Shown: in pieces, positions 1 through 8,853 of the stretch
How positions within the stretch are numbered: the first letter of the stretch is position 1
Layout of the letters: each line of letters opens with the position of its first letter
Assembly: GCA_965261085.1 (NCBI GenBank)
Contig: OZ253442.1
Location: 2,688,001-2,752,000, forward strand
DNA: 64,000 nucleotides
Direction: 5' to 3'
From: a bacterium
GTDB lineage: Bacteria > UBA8248
The notes under the pieces: generated by a model
Databases searched by the model: none
What the model was told of the DNA's origin: nothing
The model's input: only the letters and a program-made list of their open reading frames with translations
Position numbers and translations under genes: made by a program

Positions 1-917
1 CACAGGCTCTTGCTGCATGGAAGCCGTCGCGGCCGATTGAGTTCATCATCATGGCGGGTAAAGGCGGCGGCGCGGACCGCATCGCCCGTCTCATGCAGAA
101 AATCGTCACGCTGAACAAATGGTCGCCCCAGCCCCTGGTGCCCATCAACAAGAAAGGCGGCTCCGGCGCCGAGGCGATGCTCTATCTCCTTTCGAAAAAA
201 GGGAATCCCCATGTGATTCTCGTCACGTTGAACAGTTTTTTCACCACCCCGGCCCTGCGGAAACTGCCGGTGAACTACACGAAACTCACGCCGGTCTACC
301 GGCTGGCCATGGACACCTTTCTCCTCTGGGTGAACCCGAAGTCAGGCATCAAGAATATGGATGATTTCGTGAAGGCCGTGAAAGCCAAAAAGGGCAAATG
401 GACGATGGGCGGCACGGGCAAGATGCAGGAAGACCAGCTCGTCACCAACATGCTGATGCAGGCGTACGGCATAGAAGGCATGATCACCTACGTGCCCTTC
501 CGTGGCGGGGGCACCGTGGCGAAAAATCTCGCAGGCGGGCACGTCGATTCGACGGTGAACAACCCATCCGAGGGTCTGCCGCACTATCCCGGCAAAATGC
601 GGCCGATCGCCGCACTGACCCCGGAGCGGATTTCCGCTTTCAAGGAGGTCCCCACTTTCAAGGAAATGGGCCAGCCGCAACTCGTGTATTTCATGCAGCG
701 CAGCATCACCGCGCCCGGCGGCATCCCCAAGGATGCCCTGAAATGGTATAGCGATTTATTCTCCAAGTTGTGCGCTTCTGGGGAATGGAAAACCTATACG
801 GAAAAGAAGGCCCTGAATCGCGCCTGCCTGAGCGGCGCTCCTCTGGGCGAATTCTTCGCCTCCGAGGATGCAAAGCATAAGAAGCTGCTCATGGGTATGG
901 GTTTGCTGAAGAAATAG
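1..917 (+). CDS. tctC: Tripartite tricarboxylate transporter substrate-binding protein (TctC/Bug), 5'-truncated by window edge
   Basis: Frame is open from base 3 (QALAAWKPSRPIEFIIMAGKGGGAD); Bug motifs NKKGGSG, YVPFRGGG, GGHVD; followed by tctB and tctA. Confidence 0.9.
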   Translation, partial: QALAAWKPSRPIEFIIMAGKGGGADRIARLMQKIVTLNKWSPQPLVPINKKGGSGAEAMLYLLSKKGNPHVILVTLNSFFTTPALRKLPVNYTKLTPVYRLAMDTFLLWVNPKSGIKNMDDFVKAVKAKKGKWTMGGTGKMQEDQLVTNMLMQAYGIEGMITYVPFRGGGTVAKNLAGGHVDSTVNNPSEGLPHYPGKMRPIAALTPERISAFKEVPTFKEMGQPQLVYFMQRSITAPGGIPKDALKWYSDLFSKLCASGEWKTYTEKKALNRACLSGAPLGEFFASEDAKHKKLLMGMGLLKK

Positions 918-934
918 CTTGGAGAAGAATTTAG

Positions 935-1426
935 ATGCAACGGGCGGATAGGATTGTCGCCATTGGCCTGATTCTCGTATGTCTTGGCGTCGCCTGGAAA
1001 TCTACGGAACTGCCTGTCGGCATTCTTCCGAAAGAAGGGCCAGGAGGGGGGTTCCTCCCCTTCTGGCTCTCTTTGGGGATAGCCGGCGTGTCGTTGCTCG
1101 TATTGCTGGAATCGCTGTTTTTCCCCCACCGAAATAAATCAACCGGCGAGAATTCTGGAATTTTCATGAGCAGGGAAGGTCTGCACGATTTGATGCGTGT
1201 CGGCCTTCCCGGAATGATCATGATTCTCTTGATCGGCATTATCTCGGTTTATTTCTCTTCTGCTCTTTTTATCTTTTATTGTCTGTTCGTGGTGGGACAT
1301 CACAAACTCAGGACGAGTGTTGCCGTAGCGATAGGCGTCCCTGTCGTGGTGTATTACATATTCGAAAAATTTTTGATTGTCCCTCTGCCGAAAGGATATC
1401 TGGAATTCTTGTTTTACTGGAACTGA
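935..1426 (+). CDS. tctB: TTT small membrane subunit TctB
   Basis: About 4 TM helices, GPGGGFLP and FEKFLIVPLPKG motifs; lies between tctC and tctA. Confidence 0.88.
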   Translation: MQRADRIVAIGLILVCLGVAWKSTELPVGILPKEGPGGGFLPFWLSLGIAGVSLLVLLESLFFPHRNKSTGENSGIFMSREGLHDLMRVGLPGMIMILLIGIISVYFSSALFIFYCLFVVGHHKLRTSVAVAIGVPVVVYYIFEKFLIVPLPKGYLEFLFYWN

Positions 1427-1506
1427 TTATTCAACCATTTCCTATACCCGCCATTTGGGAATCGCTGTCATCACGGGGGCAAGGTTTGTCCTAAGGACTG
1501 AATGAA

Positions 1507-3033
1507 TTGGAGATTCTCGGAAATCTATTTTACGGGCTGGGTATTGCGCTTTCGCCTCAAAATCTTTTGATGGCGCTGTTCGGCGTTGTTTTGGGCGTCG
1601 CCATAGGTGCGATGCCCGGGTTGGGTTCCGTGAACGGCGTCGCCATCCTCTTGCCCATTACATTTGCGGTTCCGCCTACCAGCGCCATTATCTTCCTGGC
1701 CGCCATCTATTACGGGGCCATGTACGGCGGCGCCATCAGTTCGATCACCCTGAATATCCCGGGAGCGTCCACGGCTGTTGCGACTACTTTCGACGGCTAT
1801 CCCCTGGCCAGAAAGGGGAAAGCCGCCGATGCCCTTGTCACTGCCGCGGTGGCCAGTTTCATAGGCGGAACGATATCCATCGTCCTCTTCACTTTCTTTG
1901 CACCGCCTTTGGCTGAATTCGCCTTGCGTTTCGGCCCGCCCGAGGAATTCGCCGTCGTGCTGCTGGCGTACGCCACGTTTGCAGGATTGGGCGGGGAAAG
2001 CCCCCTTAAAACACTCATCGCCACCATGCTCGGTCTGCTCATGTCGACCGTAGGCACCGACATCGTGAGCGGCTCGCCGCGCCTTATCTTCGGAGGCATT
2101 ACGGGTTTCTATCACGGCATCAATTTCCTCGTCCTGGCGATTGGAATTTATGGCGTCGGTGAGATTTTCTACACCCTGGAAGAAGGGTTCAAGACAAAAG
2201 AGCGCTACCAGGCCAAACTCGGGATCAAGGAGGTCATCTCGACCTTGAAGGACCTTTCCAAATACACCCCCACCATTTTGCGAGGTTCTCTTTTGGGGTT
2301 TTTCGTCGGCATGCTTCCGGCTGCCGGCGCAACGCCCGCGAGTTTCATGAGTTACAGCATCGCGAAGAGATTTTCAAAAAAACCGAGTGAATTCGGGAAA
2401 GGCACCATTGAAGGGGTGGCTGCTCCCGAATGCGCCAACAACGCGGCGAGCACGGGATCCATGCTTCCCATGCTGACGCTGGGAATTCCAGGCTCCCCGA
2501 CGACGGCGGTGATGCTCGGCGCCTTGTTCGTGTGGGGCCTCGTGCCGGGACCCCGGTTGTTCGTCGAAAACGCAGAGTTCGTCTGGGGCCTTACGGGGAG
2601 TCTCTATATCGCCAACACGATGGCGGTCATCGTCACGATTTTCGCGGCTCCCCTCTTCATCTGGATGCTCAGAATGCCCATGACGATTCTGGCTCCGATA
2701 ATTCTGGTCGTCTGCGCGGTGGGTGGATTCTCGCCGACCCAGGATATGTTCGACGTGTATCTGATGTTCATATTCGGTACGGTCGGCTACGTGTTCCGTA
2801 AGCTCGATTACCCCCTCGCCCCGATGGTGTTGGCCCTGGTGCTGGGGGGTCTTACGGAACGCACCTTCCGTCAGAGCATGATCATGAGCCACGGCAGCCC
2901 CGGAATTTTCTTCGACTTCGCAGGCCACCCGATAGCCGCCGTATTGATGATGGTTTCCGCCCTCCTGTTCGTCATGCCGCTGCTGCCCATGATTTTCAAA
3001 TTCAGAATTTCTCGTAGAGGCACTTCGGCCTGA
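1507..3033 (+). CDS. tctA: TTT large membrane subunit TctA
   Basis: GAMPGLG, YYGAMYGG, NIPG..TTFDGYPLA, APECANNA, LGIPGS signatures. Confidence 0.95.
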   Translation: MEILGNLFYGLGIALSPQNLLMALFGVVLGVAIGAMPGLGSVNGVAILLPITFAVPPTSAIIFLAAIYYGAMYGGAISSITLNIPGASTAVATTFDGYPLARKGKAADALVTAAVASFIGGTISIVLFTFFAPPLAEFALRFGPPEEFAVVLLAYATFAGLGGESPLKTLIATMLGLLMSTVGTDIVSGSPRLIFGGITGFYHGINFLVLAIGIYGVGEIFYTLEEGFKTKERYQAKLGIKEVISTLKDLSKYTPTILRGSLLGFFVGMLPAAGATPASFMSYSIAKRFSKKPSEFGKGTIEGVAAPECANNAASTGSMLPMLTLGIPGSPTTAVMLGALFVWGLVPGPRLFVENAEFVWGLTGSLYIANTMAVIVTIFAAPLFIWMLRMPMTILAPIILVVCAVGGFSPTQDMFDVYLMFIFGTVGYVFRKLDYPLAPMVLALVLGGLTERTFRQSMIMSHGSPGIFFDFAGHPIAAVLMMVSALLFVMPLLPMIFKFRISRRGTSA

Positions 3034-3081
3034 TCAACCGGGGCATGTCGCGCTTCATCCGGTTTCATAAGGAAATGGGTT

Positions 3082-3972
3082 TTACGCGTCCATCGCGCAC
3101 CTAAAGCCGATGTTGAAATTCTTGTACCAGGGCTCAAAACCCTCTCTCGCCGAGCAACGCAGGCTGTCTTCTATGTAATCCCACCCGCAGCCCCGGGCGA
3201 CTCTCGCCGTCCAGGCGTACCCTGCCCTGCGCGGGAGCCAGCCCTCGGTGTTTCCAAAGAGAATTTTGTAGCTGTCCTCGTCGCGGAGTAAGATTTCATA
3301 GCGCTCCCCGCGTTTGACTTCCCCCATGCTCAGGGTGCCCCCGCCCGGAACGGCGAATACGGGAACCCGCGCCATCGCCACTTCAAAAGTCGGCTTCTCG
3401 AGCCCCCGGGGGTTCTCCGCCGGGCCCGTCTGGTAATAAAACCCATCGAACCAGTCCGAGACCCACTCGAAGACGTTTCCCGCCATTTGCACGCAATTGT
3501 AGGGAGAGGCGCTTTCTTCCAGTTCATCCACGTTGCTGGGGCGTTGAATATCAATGCTCGCGTAAACGGCTCGCTCATAGGAGGGCTCATCCTCGCCCCA
3601 TGGATACTTGCGGCCATCCGTTCCGCGAGAGGCTTTCTCCCACTCCGCCTCGGTCGGCAGGCGCTTGCCCACCCACTGGGCGTAGGCGTTCGCCTCCTCC
3701 CAGCTTATGCTGACTATCGGCTGTTCAGGCCCCACGAAATCATCTTTCGAGAATGACGGAGGCGGAGGAAACGCGTTGGTCTCTTCCAGAAAAGCGCGGT
3801 ATTGCGCGTTCGTCACGCAGTATTTGTCGATCCAGAAAGCGTCGAGCGTGACCTCGCGCTGGGGGCGCTCATCCGCGTTCCCGATGTCCGAACCCATCAG
3901 GAACGGGCCGGCGGGCACATGCACCATCGCAGAACCGTCTTTCCCTTGTTTCATTTCCGTCGCTTCGTTCAT
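3082..3972 (-). CDS. FGE/SUMF1-sulfatase domain protein with an internal SH3-like insertion
   Basis: FxMGS, VTNAQY, RLPTEAEWEKASRG, MAGNVFEW and GFRC motifs; no catalytic CxxxxC. Confidence 0.88.
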   Translation of the reverse strand: MNEATEMKQGKDGSAMVHVPAGPFLMGSDIGNADERPQREVTLDAFWIDKYCVTNAQYRAFLEETNAFPPPPSFSKDDFVGPEQPIVSISWEEANAYAQWVGKRLPTEAEWEKASRGTDGRKYPWGEDEPSYERAVYASIDIQRPSNVDELEESASPYNCVQMAGNVFEWVSDWFDGFYYQTGPAENPRGLEKPTFEVAMARVPVFAVPGGGTLSMGEVKRGERYEILLRDEDSYKILFGNTEGWLPRRAGYAWTARVARGCGWDYIEDSLRCSAREGFEPWYKNFNIGFRCAMDA

Positions 3973-4009
3973 CTTCGTCTCTTTGTATTCGTGCGCTCAG
4001 GCATGAGTG

Positions 4010-4038
4010 AAAAAGAGCGGGGCCCTTTCGGACCCCGC
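4010..4038 (-). terminator. Rho-independent terminator after the oxidoreductase operon
   Basis: Minus strand GCGGGGTCC-GAAA-GGGCCCCGC followed by TCTTTTT. Confidence 0.75.
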
Positions 4039-4071
4039 CCCGAAACTTCTAACGAACGTACTGGCGTATCA

Positions 4072-5100
4072 CTACTTTTTGCTCGGGTCATTCACCTTGA
4101 AGGGAATCACGCCGGGAACCATCCAGTCGTTCCACATTTTATCGACTTCCCCCTGGAAGAATTCATAATCTTCATCTAGGAAATGGTGGAAGCGGCCCTG
4201 CGTCTCGAGATACTCGCGCACGGGCTTGCGGGAACGTTTGCCATACACCTGGCGTGCGGAAATGCCCGTATAGGTGAGTTCCCCGTCCGTTATCTCCCAC
4301 AGCGGGAAAAGGCCGGTTTCCACGGCCAGTTCGCCGAGCTTGTGAGAATAGAACGGGTCGTAATCCCAACCCTTCGGGCAGGGGTCCAGCGTGTGCACGA
4401 AGGCCGGGCCCTTGACGGCCAGGGCTTTGCGAACCTTGTCGATCAGATCCGCGGGGTATGAGGCATCGGCAGTCGCCACGTAGTTGCAACGTACGTGTCC
4501 AACGGCGTACATGGCGGCGATGTTCTTCTTCCAGCAATCGTGCATGATGCGGAATTTCTTGCCCGGAGGCGTGAACGTCGTGTTCGCGCCCCAGGGGGAT
4601 GCGCCCGAAATCTGGATGTCCGTGTTCGCGTACGACTCGTTGTCGTAGCAGATGATCGCCAGATTGTACTTCGCGTGCATGAGCGCCGCGGAAATGGACG
4701 AGACGCCCATGTCAATGCCGCCGCCGTCTCCGCAGAAGGCGATGACGTTTATCGGCTCTTCCTTCATCTTGCCCTTGCGCATCAATGCGCGGAGAGCCGC
4801 CGCCGTTCCCGTCGCTGCCGAGCCCGCGGAACCCAACTGCGTGTGCATCCATGGCACCACCCAGGGAGTGCTGTAATACGTGGTGTTCGCCACGTACATG
4901 CAGCCCGTGCTGCCCAGGATGATGGAGCGAGGGCCCGCCGCCTTGGCCATGAGACGCATGATGAGCGCGCTCTCACAACCCTGGCACGTCCTGTGCCCGC
5001 TGGTGTAATACTCTTCCACCGCTTTCTGGGGAATGGCATTCACTTTCCCCATCAAGGGAAGTTCCTGTGTTCCAATGTTGTATTCAGAAGTTTCCGCCAT
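4072..5100 (-). CDS. oorB: 2-oxoacid:ferredoxin oxidoreductase beta (TPP-binding) subunit, oxalate oxidoreductase-like
   Basis: GHRTCQGC, TGCMYVANT, GDGG...DNESYANT and PCPKGW motifs. Confidence 0.82.
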   Translation of the reverse strand: MAETSEYNIGTQELPLMGKVNAIPQKAVEEYYTSGHRTCQGCESALIMRLMAKAAGPRSIILGSTGCMYVANTTYYSTPWVVPWMHTQLGSAGSAATGTAAALRALMRKGKMKEEPINVIAFCGDGGGIDMGVSSISAALMHAKYNLAIICYDNESYANTDIQISGASPWGANTTFTPPGKKFRIMHDCWKKNIAAMYAVGHVRCNYVATADASYPADLIDKVRKALAVKGPAFVHTLDPCPKGWDYDPFYSHKLGELAVETGLFPLWEITDGELTYTGISARQVYGKRSRKPVREYLETQGRFHHFLDEDYEFFQGEVDKMWNDWMVPGVIPFKVNDPSKK

Positions 5101-5102
5101 GA

Positions 5103-6320
5103 TTATCCCCTCACTCCGATCCAGTCGACTTCATTGTCGGCTGTGTCGTTCTGACCCATGGAAATGACCTTGTCGGCCATCTGTTTGACGTCTTTGATCA
5201 GCACCTCACGGCCGCCGAGGCCGCAAACGTATCCTTTGATGTGAGGCACCTTATCCGCCCCGTACATGGCGGCTTTGATTTCATTGTACACGATTCCACC
5301 GTGATAGGGTGAACCATAGGAATAGTCGCGGTCAATGACGCCCACCGCCTTGAAGCGCGAGAGCGATTCGCGCAACTCTTCCGTCGGGAACGGTCGGAAC
5401 CATTTCAGACGAACCATGCCGACTTTCTTGCCTTCCTTGCGCATTTCGCGAATGGCGACTTTCACCGGCAGGCTGAGCGTGCCTACGCCGCAAAGCACGA
5501 TGTCGGCATCCTCGGTCATGTATTCATCCAGGAAGGGATTGGTGTTTGTACCGAAAATTTTACTGAATTCAGCGTGGGCTTCCTTGAGTACGGTGTAGGA
5601 GTTTTTCGCCGCTTCGCTGCTTTGGCGTCTCACTTCCATGAGCCAGTCTTCATTCGCCTGCGGCGCGATGGTGATGGGGTTATCGGGGTGAAGGAGCATG
5701 TCTCCCCTGTCGTAGGGAGGCAGGAATGCGTTGACTTCCTCCTGTCCGGGCAGCCGCACCGTCGCCTGGCTGTGGGTCAGGAACGCTCCGTCCATCGCGA
5801 TGGCGCACGGCAGGAAGACTCTCGAGTCCTCGGCGACGCGATAGGCCAGAAGACCGAGCTCGATGACTTCCTGCACCGTGTCCGGGAAGTTGATCATCCA
5901 GCCCAGATCGCGAACGAGCATGGCGTCGTTGTGCTCGGTGCCGAATGCGCCGGGGTCATCCAGCGCGCGGCAGCCGACCAGGGCCACCATGGGCAGTCTC
6001 AGGCCGGCCGTAACGGCGATCGGCTCCATCGCATAGAGCCACCCCACTCCGCTCGAGCCCGTGAACACCCGCGCTCCGCAAGCCGAGGCGTGTTTGACGA
6101 TCTCGAACTGGCCGTGTTCGCTTTCCGCCGGAATGTAGTCGGCGTCGAATTCGCCCTCGGCGATAAATTTGGACACATACTGCATCACGGTGTCATACGG
6201 CCGGATGGGATAGGCCGTGATGACATCGACGTCGGCGAGGCGGCAGATATGAGCCATGACCTCGCTCCCGGTGAGGAGATGAACTCCCGCACCTTGTTGT
6301 TGTTCGGTTGCTGTCGCCAT
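5103..6320 (-). CDS. oorA: 2-oxoacid:ferredoxin oxidoreductase alpha subunit, oxalate oxidoreductase-like
   Basis: YPIRP instead of the PFOR YPITP, ESEH, RVFTGSSGVG, RALDDPGAFG, GLGG. Confidence 0.82.
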   Translation of the reverse strand: MATATEQQQGAGVHLLTGSEVMAHICRLADVDVITAYPIRPYDTVMQYVSKFIAEGEFDADYIPAESEHGQFEIVKHASACGARVFTGSSGVGWLYAMEPIAVTAGLRLPMVALVGCRALDDPGAFGTEHNDAMLVRDLGWMINFPDTVQEVIELGLLAYRVAEDSRVFLPCAIAMDGAFLTHSQATVRLPGQEEVNAFLPPYDRGDMLLHPDNPITIAPQANEDWLMEVRRQSSEAAKNSYTVLKEAHAEFSKIFGTNTNPFLDEYMTEDADIVLCGVGTLSLPVKVAIREMRKEGKKVGMVRLKWFRPFPTEELRESLSRFKAVGVIDRDYSYGSPYHGGIVYNEIKAAMYGADKVPHIKGYVCGLGGREVLIKDVKQMADKVISMGQNDTADNEVDWIGVRG

Positions 6321-6333
6321 CTTTTAGCTCCTG

Positions 6334-7521
6334 TTAAAGATCTTTTAGAGGTTTGATTTTCGCCGTTTCCGGGTTGTGACCCGTTGAGAGGCCTACTCCC
6401 GAAAAAGCTCCAGCAAGGCCTGTGATCGGATGACGACCGTCTATCTTGCCGGTGCTGATTTTATCGCCCATATACTTGTCGTAATCTTCTTTGTTCTCGT
6501 TCCACATCTCGTACTGGCTGTCCCGCTCATCGAAAACGACTTCGTTCACCATCGTGATGCAGTCTTTTACGGGGCAGATGGCTTCACATACGCCGCAGCC
6601 GCAGCAGGCTTCCATGTTGGCGTCAAAGAAGCCGTCAGGCGTGACGTCGAAACATGTGTCCGGGCACGCAACCCAGCACAGAGTGCACTTGGTGCATATG
6701 TCAAAGGATACCACCGGGCGCATCGTCCGGGTCGACCACTTCTTGAAGTAGGGGTTCCGACCGGGTTCGTAGCCGTCCTCGCCGCCCCTGAAGCCCTCGT
6801 GGCCGCCCACGCCGTCGATGACGACGCCCTGGCGCATTTCGTGCCACTTGAGGAGTTCGAAGGTGAAGGGCACCTCGTCGTTGCCTTTGCCCGGTTCGAT
6901 TTCGACGGGGCGCAAGTCTTCATAAACTTCGCGCGCGGCTTCGACGTGCGTCTCCGTGCCGATGTTCTCGCGAATCGCCGATTCCAGAGATGCGATGGAG
7001 CACATGGTGGGCTCGACTTTGAGAGCCGCGCCCAGGCAGCGCGCGTCCGTGCCGTCGTTCTTGTACACCCAAAGGCCGGCGAAGCTCGCCTCACCGGGGA
7101 TGATCGCGAGCTTATAAGGCGTTTCCCTGCGGTGAATATGCTTGACCAGTTCGTCTTCTTTCTGGTTGGACGTGACTATCAGCGTGCCGCCGGGCTTCGT
7201 GACGGCGTTGATGGGCTGAAGGCCGTACCATGCCCAGGACTCCACGCCCTTACAAAGCGTATCGTCCACGCAGATGGAGATATCCACCTGCTTGGGCTCG
7301 TATTGCGCAGCCACGGACTCGAGTTCTTCTTCGTTGTCCGCGATGTAGCCGAACTGCTTGGCCGGAATTCCGTTGCGCTCGGGCGAATCGCTGTAGCGCC
7401 CGAAGGAGATGCCCGGCTTTCCTTCTTTCACGGCCGCGAGAATCAAGGACCGTGAAATTTTCACTGCAAGGCTTTTTTGAAAAATACCTCTGTAGATCAC
7501 TTCAAAAGATATTACACTCAC
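6334..7521 (-). CDS. oorD: Fused gamma/delta subunit with a 2x[4Fe-4S] ferredoxin domain, oxalate oxidoreductase delta-like
   Basis: N-terminal gamma-like domain without GxGGQG; CTKCTLCWVACP and CCGCGVCEAICP; GTG at 7521 follows a G-rich RBS (ORF track start 7539). Confidence 0.78.
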   Translation of the reverse strand: MSVISFEVIYRGIFQKSLAVKISRSLILAAVKEGKPGISFGRYSDSPERNGIPAKQFGYIADNEEELESVAAQYEPKQVDISICVDDTLCKGVESWAWYGLQPINAVTKPGGTLIVTSNQKEDELVKHIHRRETPYKLAIIPGEASFAGLWVYKNDGTDARCLGAALKVEPTMCSIASLESAIRENIGTETHVEAAREVYEDLRPVEIEPGKGNDEVPFTFELLKWHEMRQGVVIDGVGGHEGFRGGEDGYEPGRNPYFKKWSTRTMRPVVSFDICTKCTLCWVACPDTCFDVTPDGFFDANMEACCGCGVCEAICPVKDCITMVNEVVFDERDSQYEMWNENKEDYDKYMGDKISTGKIDGRHPITGLAGAFSGVGLSTGHNPETAKIKPLKDL

Positions 7522-7637
7522 ATCCGATACCCCCCACATTGGAGTTGAAGAAGTTGAACTTTATACTCCAGGACTTGATTCCCTCAAAATTTGTTTATGC
7601 CGACTCCGGATTCCCGTGGGCTTCGACTGCGCCGCCC

Positions 7638-8336
7638 TCAATTTCGACCGGGCGACTGTTCCACCAGGTGGCTGATCATGGCGGCAATAGCCTTATTCCT
7701 GTCTTTAGTCAAGAGCGCAACCAAAATTTGCTGATGCGCTTCCCACGAGCGCAGGCGCACGCTTTCATCGCGCCGGAGCGAGCGCTCCCTCATCTCGCTC
7801 AGGGAATTGAGGAGGCTGCTCAGTAGATGATGCAGGAATTGATTCTTGGCGGCCTCTGCGAGGTCCAAGTGAAACTGGGTATCCTCCCTAAGGCCGAGGC
7901 CCCCGGCTTCTACCTCATTAAGCTGTCGCCGGAGCGTATCTTCGAGTTTTTCCAATTCTACGCTCGTCACGCGCTCGGCGGCCAGGCCGGCGATTTGAGG
8001 CTCCAGAACCATGCGCGCCTCGAAGATGTGGTGCATACCGCCTTCCGTATCGGAGGAGACTTTTTCGGAAATCATGCGGATCATGGATTCGGGGTGCGCC
8101 GTGACGAACGTGCCCTCTCCCTGCTTCGTCTCCACGAGTCTGGCGGATTCGAGCGAGCGCGTGGCTTCGCGAACGGAATTGCGACCCACTCCGAATTGCT
8201 CGCAAAGCTCACGTTCTGAGGGCAGCTTATCGCCGGTCTTTATTTCGCCTTCGAGTATCAAGGACGTTAGTTGCTCGACAATGGCTTCGTAAACGCGCGT
8301 TTTCTTCACCGTCTGTAGTCTGCCGGCAATGGGCAT
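7638..8336 (-). CDS. GntR/FadR-family transcriptional regulator
   Basis: GDKLPSERELCEQFGVGRNSVREA wHTH; FCD domain with DTQFH, N and H residues. Confidence 0.93.
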   Translation of the reverse strand: MPIAGRLQTVKKTRVYEAIVEQLTSLILEGEIKTGDKLPSERELCEQFGVGRNSVREATRSLESARLVETKQGEGTFVTAHPESMIRMISEKVSSDTEGGMHHIFEARMVLEPQIAGLAAERVTSVELEKLEDTLRRQLNEVEAGGLGLREDTQFHLDLAEAAKNQFLHHLLSSLLNSLSEMRERSLRRDESVRLRSWEAHQQILVALLTKDRNKAIAAMISHLVEQSPGRN

Positions 8337-8398
8337 ACAAAATTCCTTTAATACACGTCCCTCAGAACCGCATACAATCCCATAAAGGGATTATGGGA

Positions 8399-8441
8399 TT
8401 GTCCTACCAGTGATTCTATTTATATTTCATGAGGAAGTCAA
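8399..8441 (-). promoter_or_regulatory. Sigma70-type promoter with an overlapping FadR-type operator
   Basis: Minus strand TTGACT (8441-8436), 17 bp, TAGAAT (8418-8413), then TGGTAGGACAA matching the TGGT-N3-ACCA FadR-family pattern. Confidence 0.7.
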
Positions 8442-8853
8442 CCTTAAATACGGGCAAATACGGGGCTTGAGGAAATAAATATGAAAAAATCAGCCAATGT
8501 TATTTCCTGTATACTTTAACTGTTCGATGCAAATAATTGAAATATATAATTTATTTCTACTTATGATGAAAATGATTTTTTGCCGGTCCACTGCAAATTT
8601 TCACATATTTTCATCCATTCAGAATCGATATTCCTTATCTTGATCTTGATTCCAGGATATAGGACGCAAGCCCGCAGTCACGCCGGGGGGGGCAATTTTG
8701 ACTGCGAAGAGAGGGGGTTGCGGTTTTGCAGGGCCGGTTCCAGGCCCTGTTCGATGGCAGGGCCAGCGTCGTAACGGGGTGTGCGGCGCGTCACTCGATT
8801 TACTCAGATCGCCTTGTCCCAACCCCGATTTCCAGTGCGCTTCGGGAATACGC

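Noticed and set aside
3082-3972. True formylglycine-generating enzyme or DGR target (also 32915-33766)
   Set aside because: Catalytic CxxxxC is absent; no reverse transcriptase or template repeat was seen
8450-8853. AT-rich stretch with small hairpins and short ORFs
   Set aside because: No coherent gene, repeat array or recognisable RNA; probably promoter DNA plus decayed sequence
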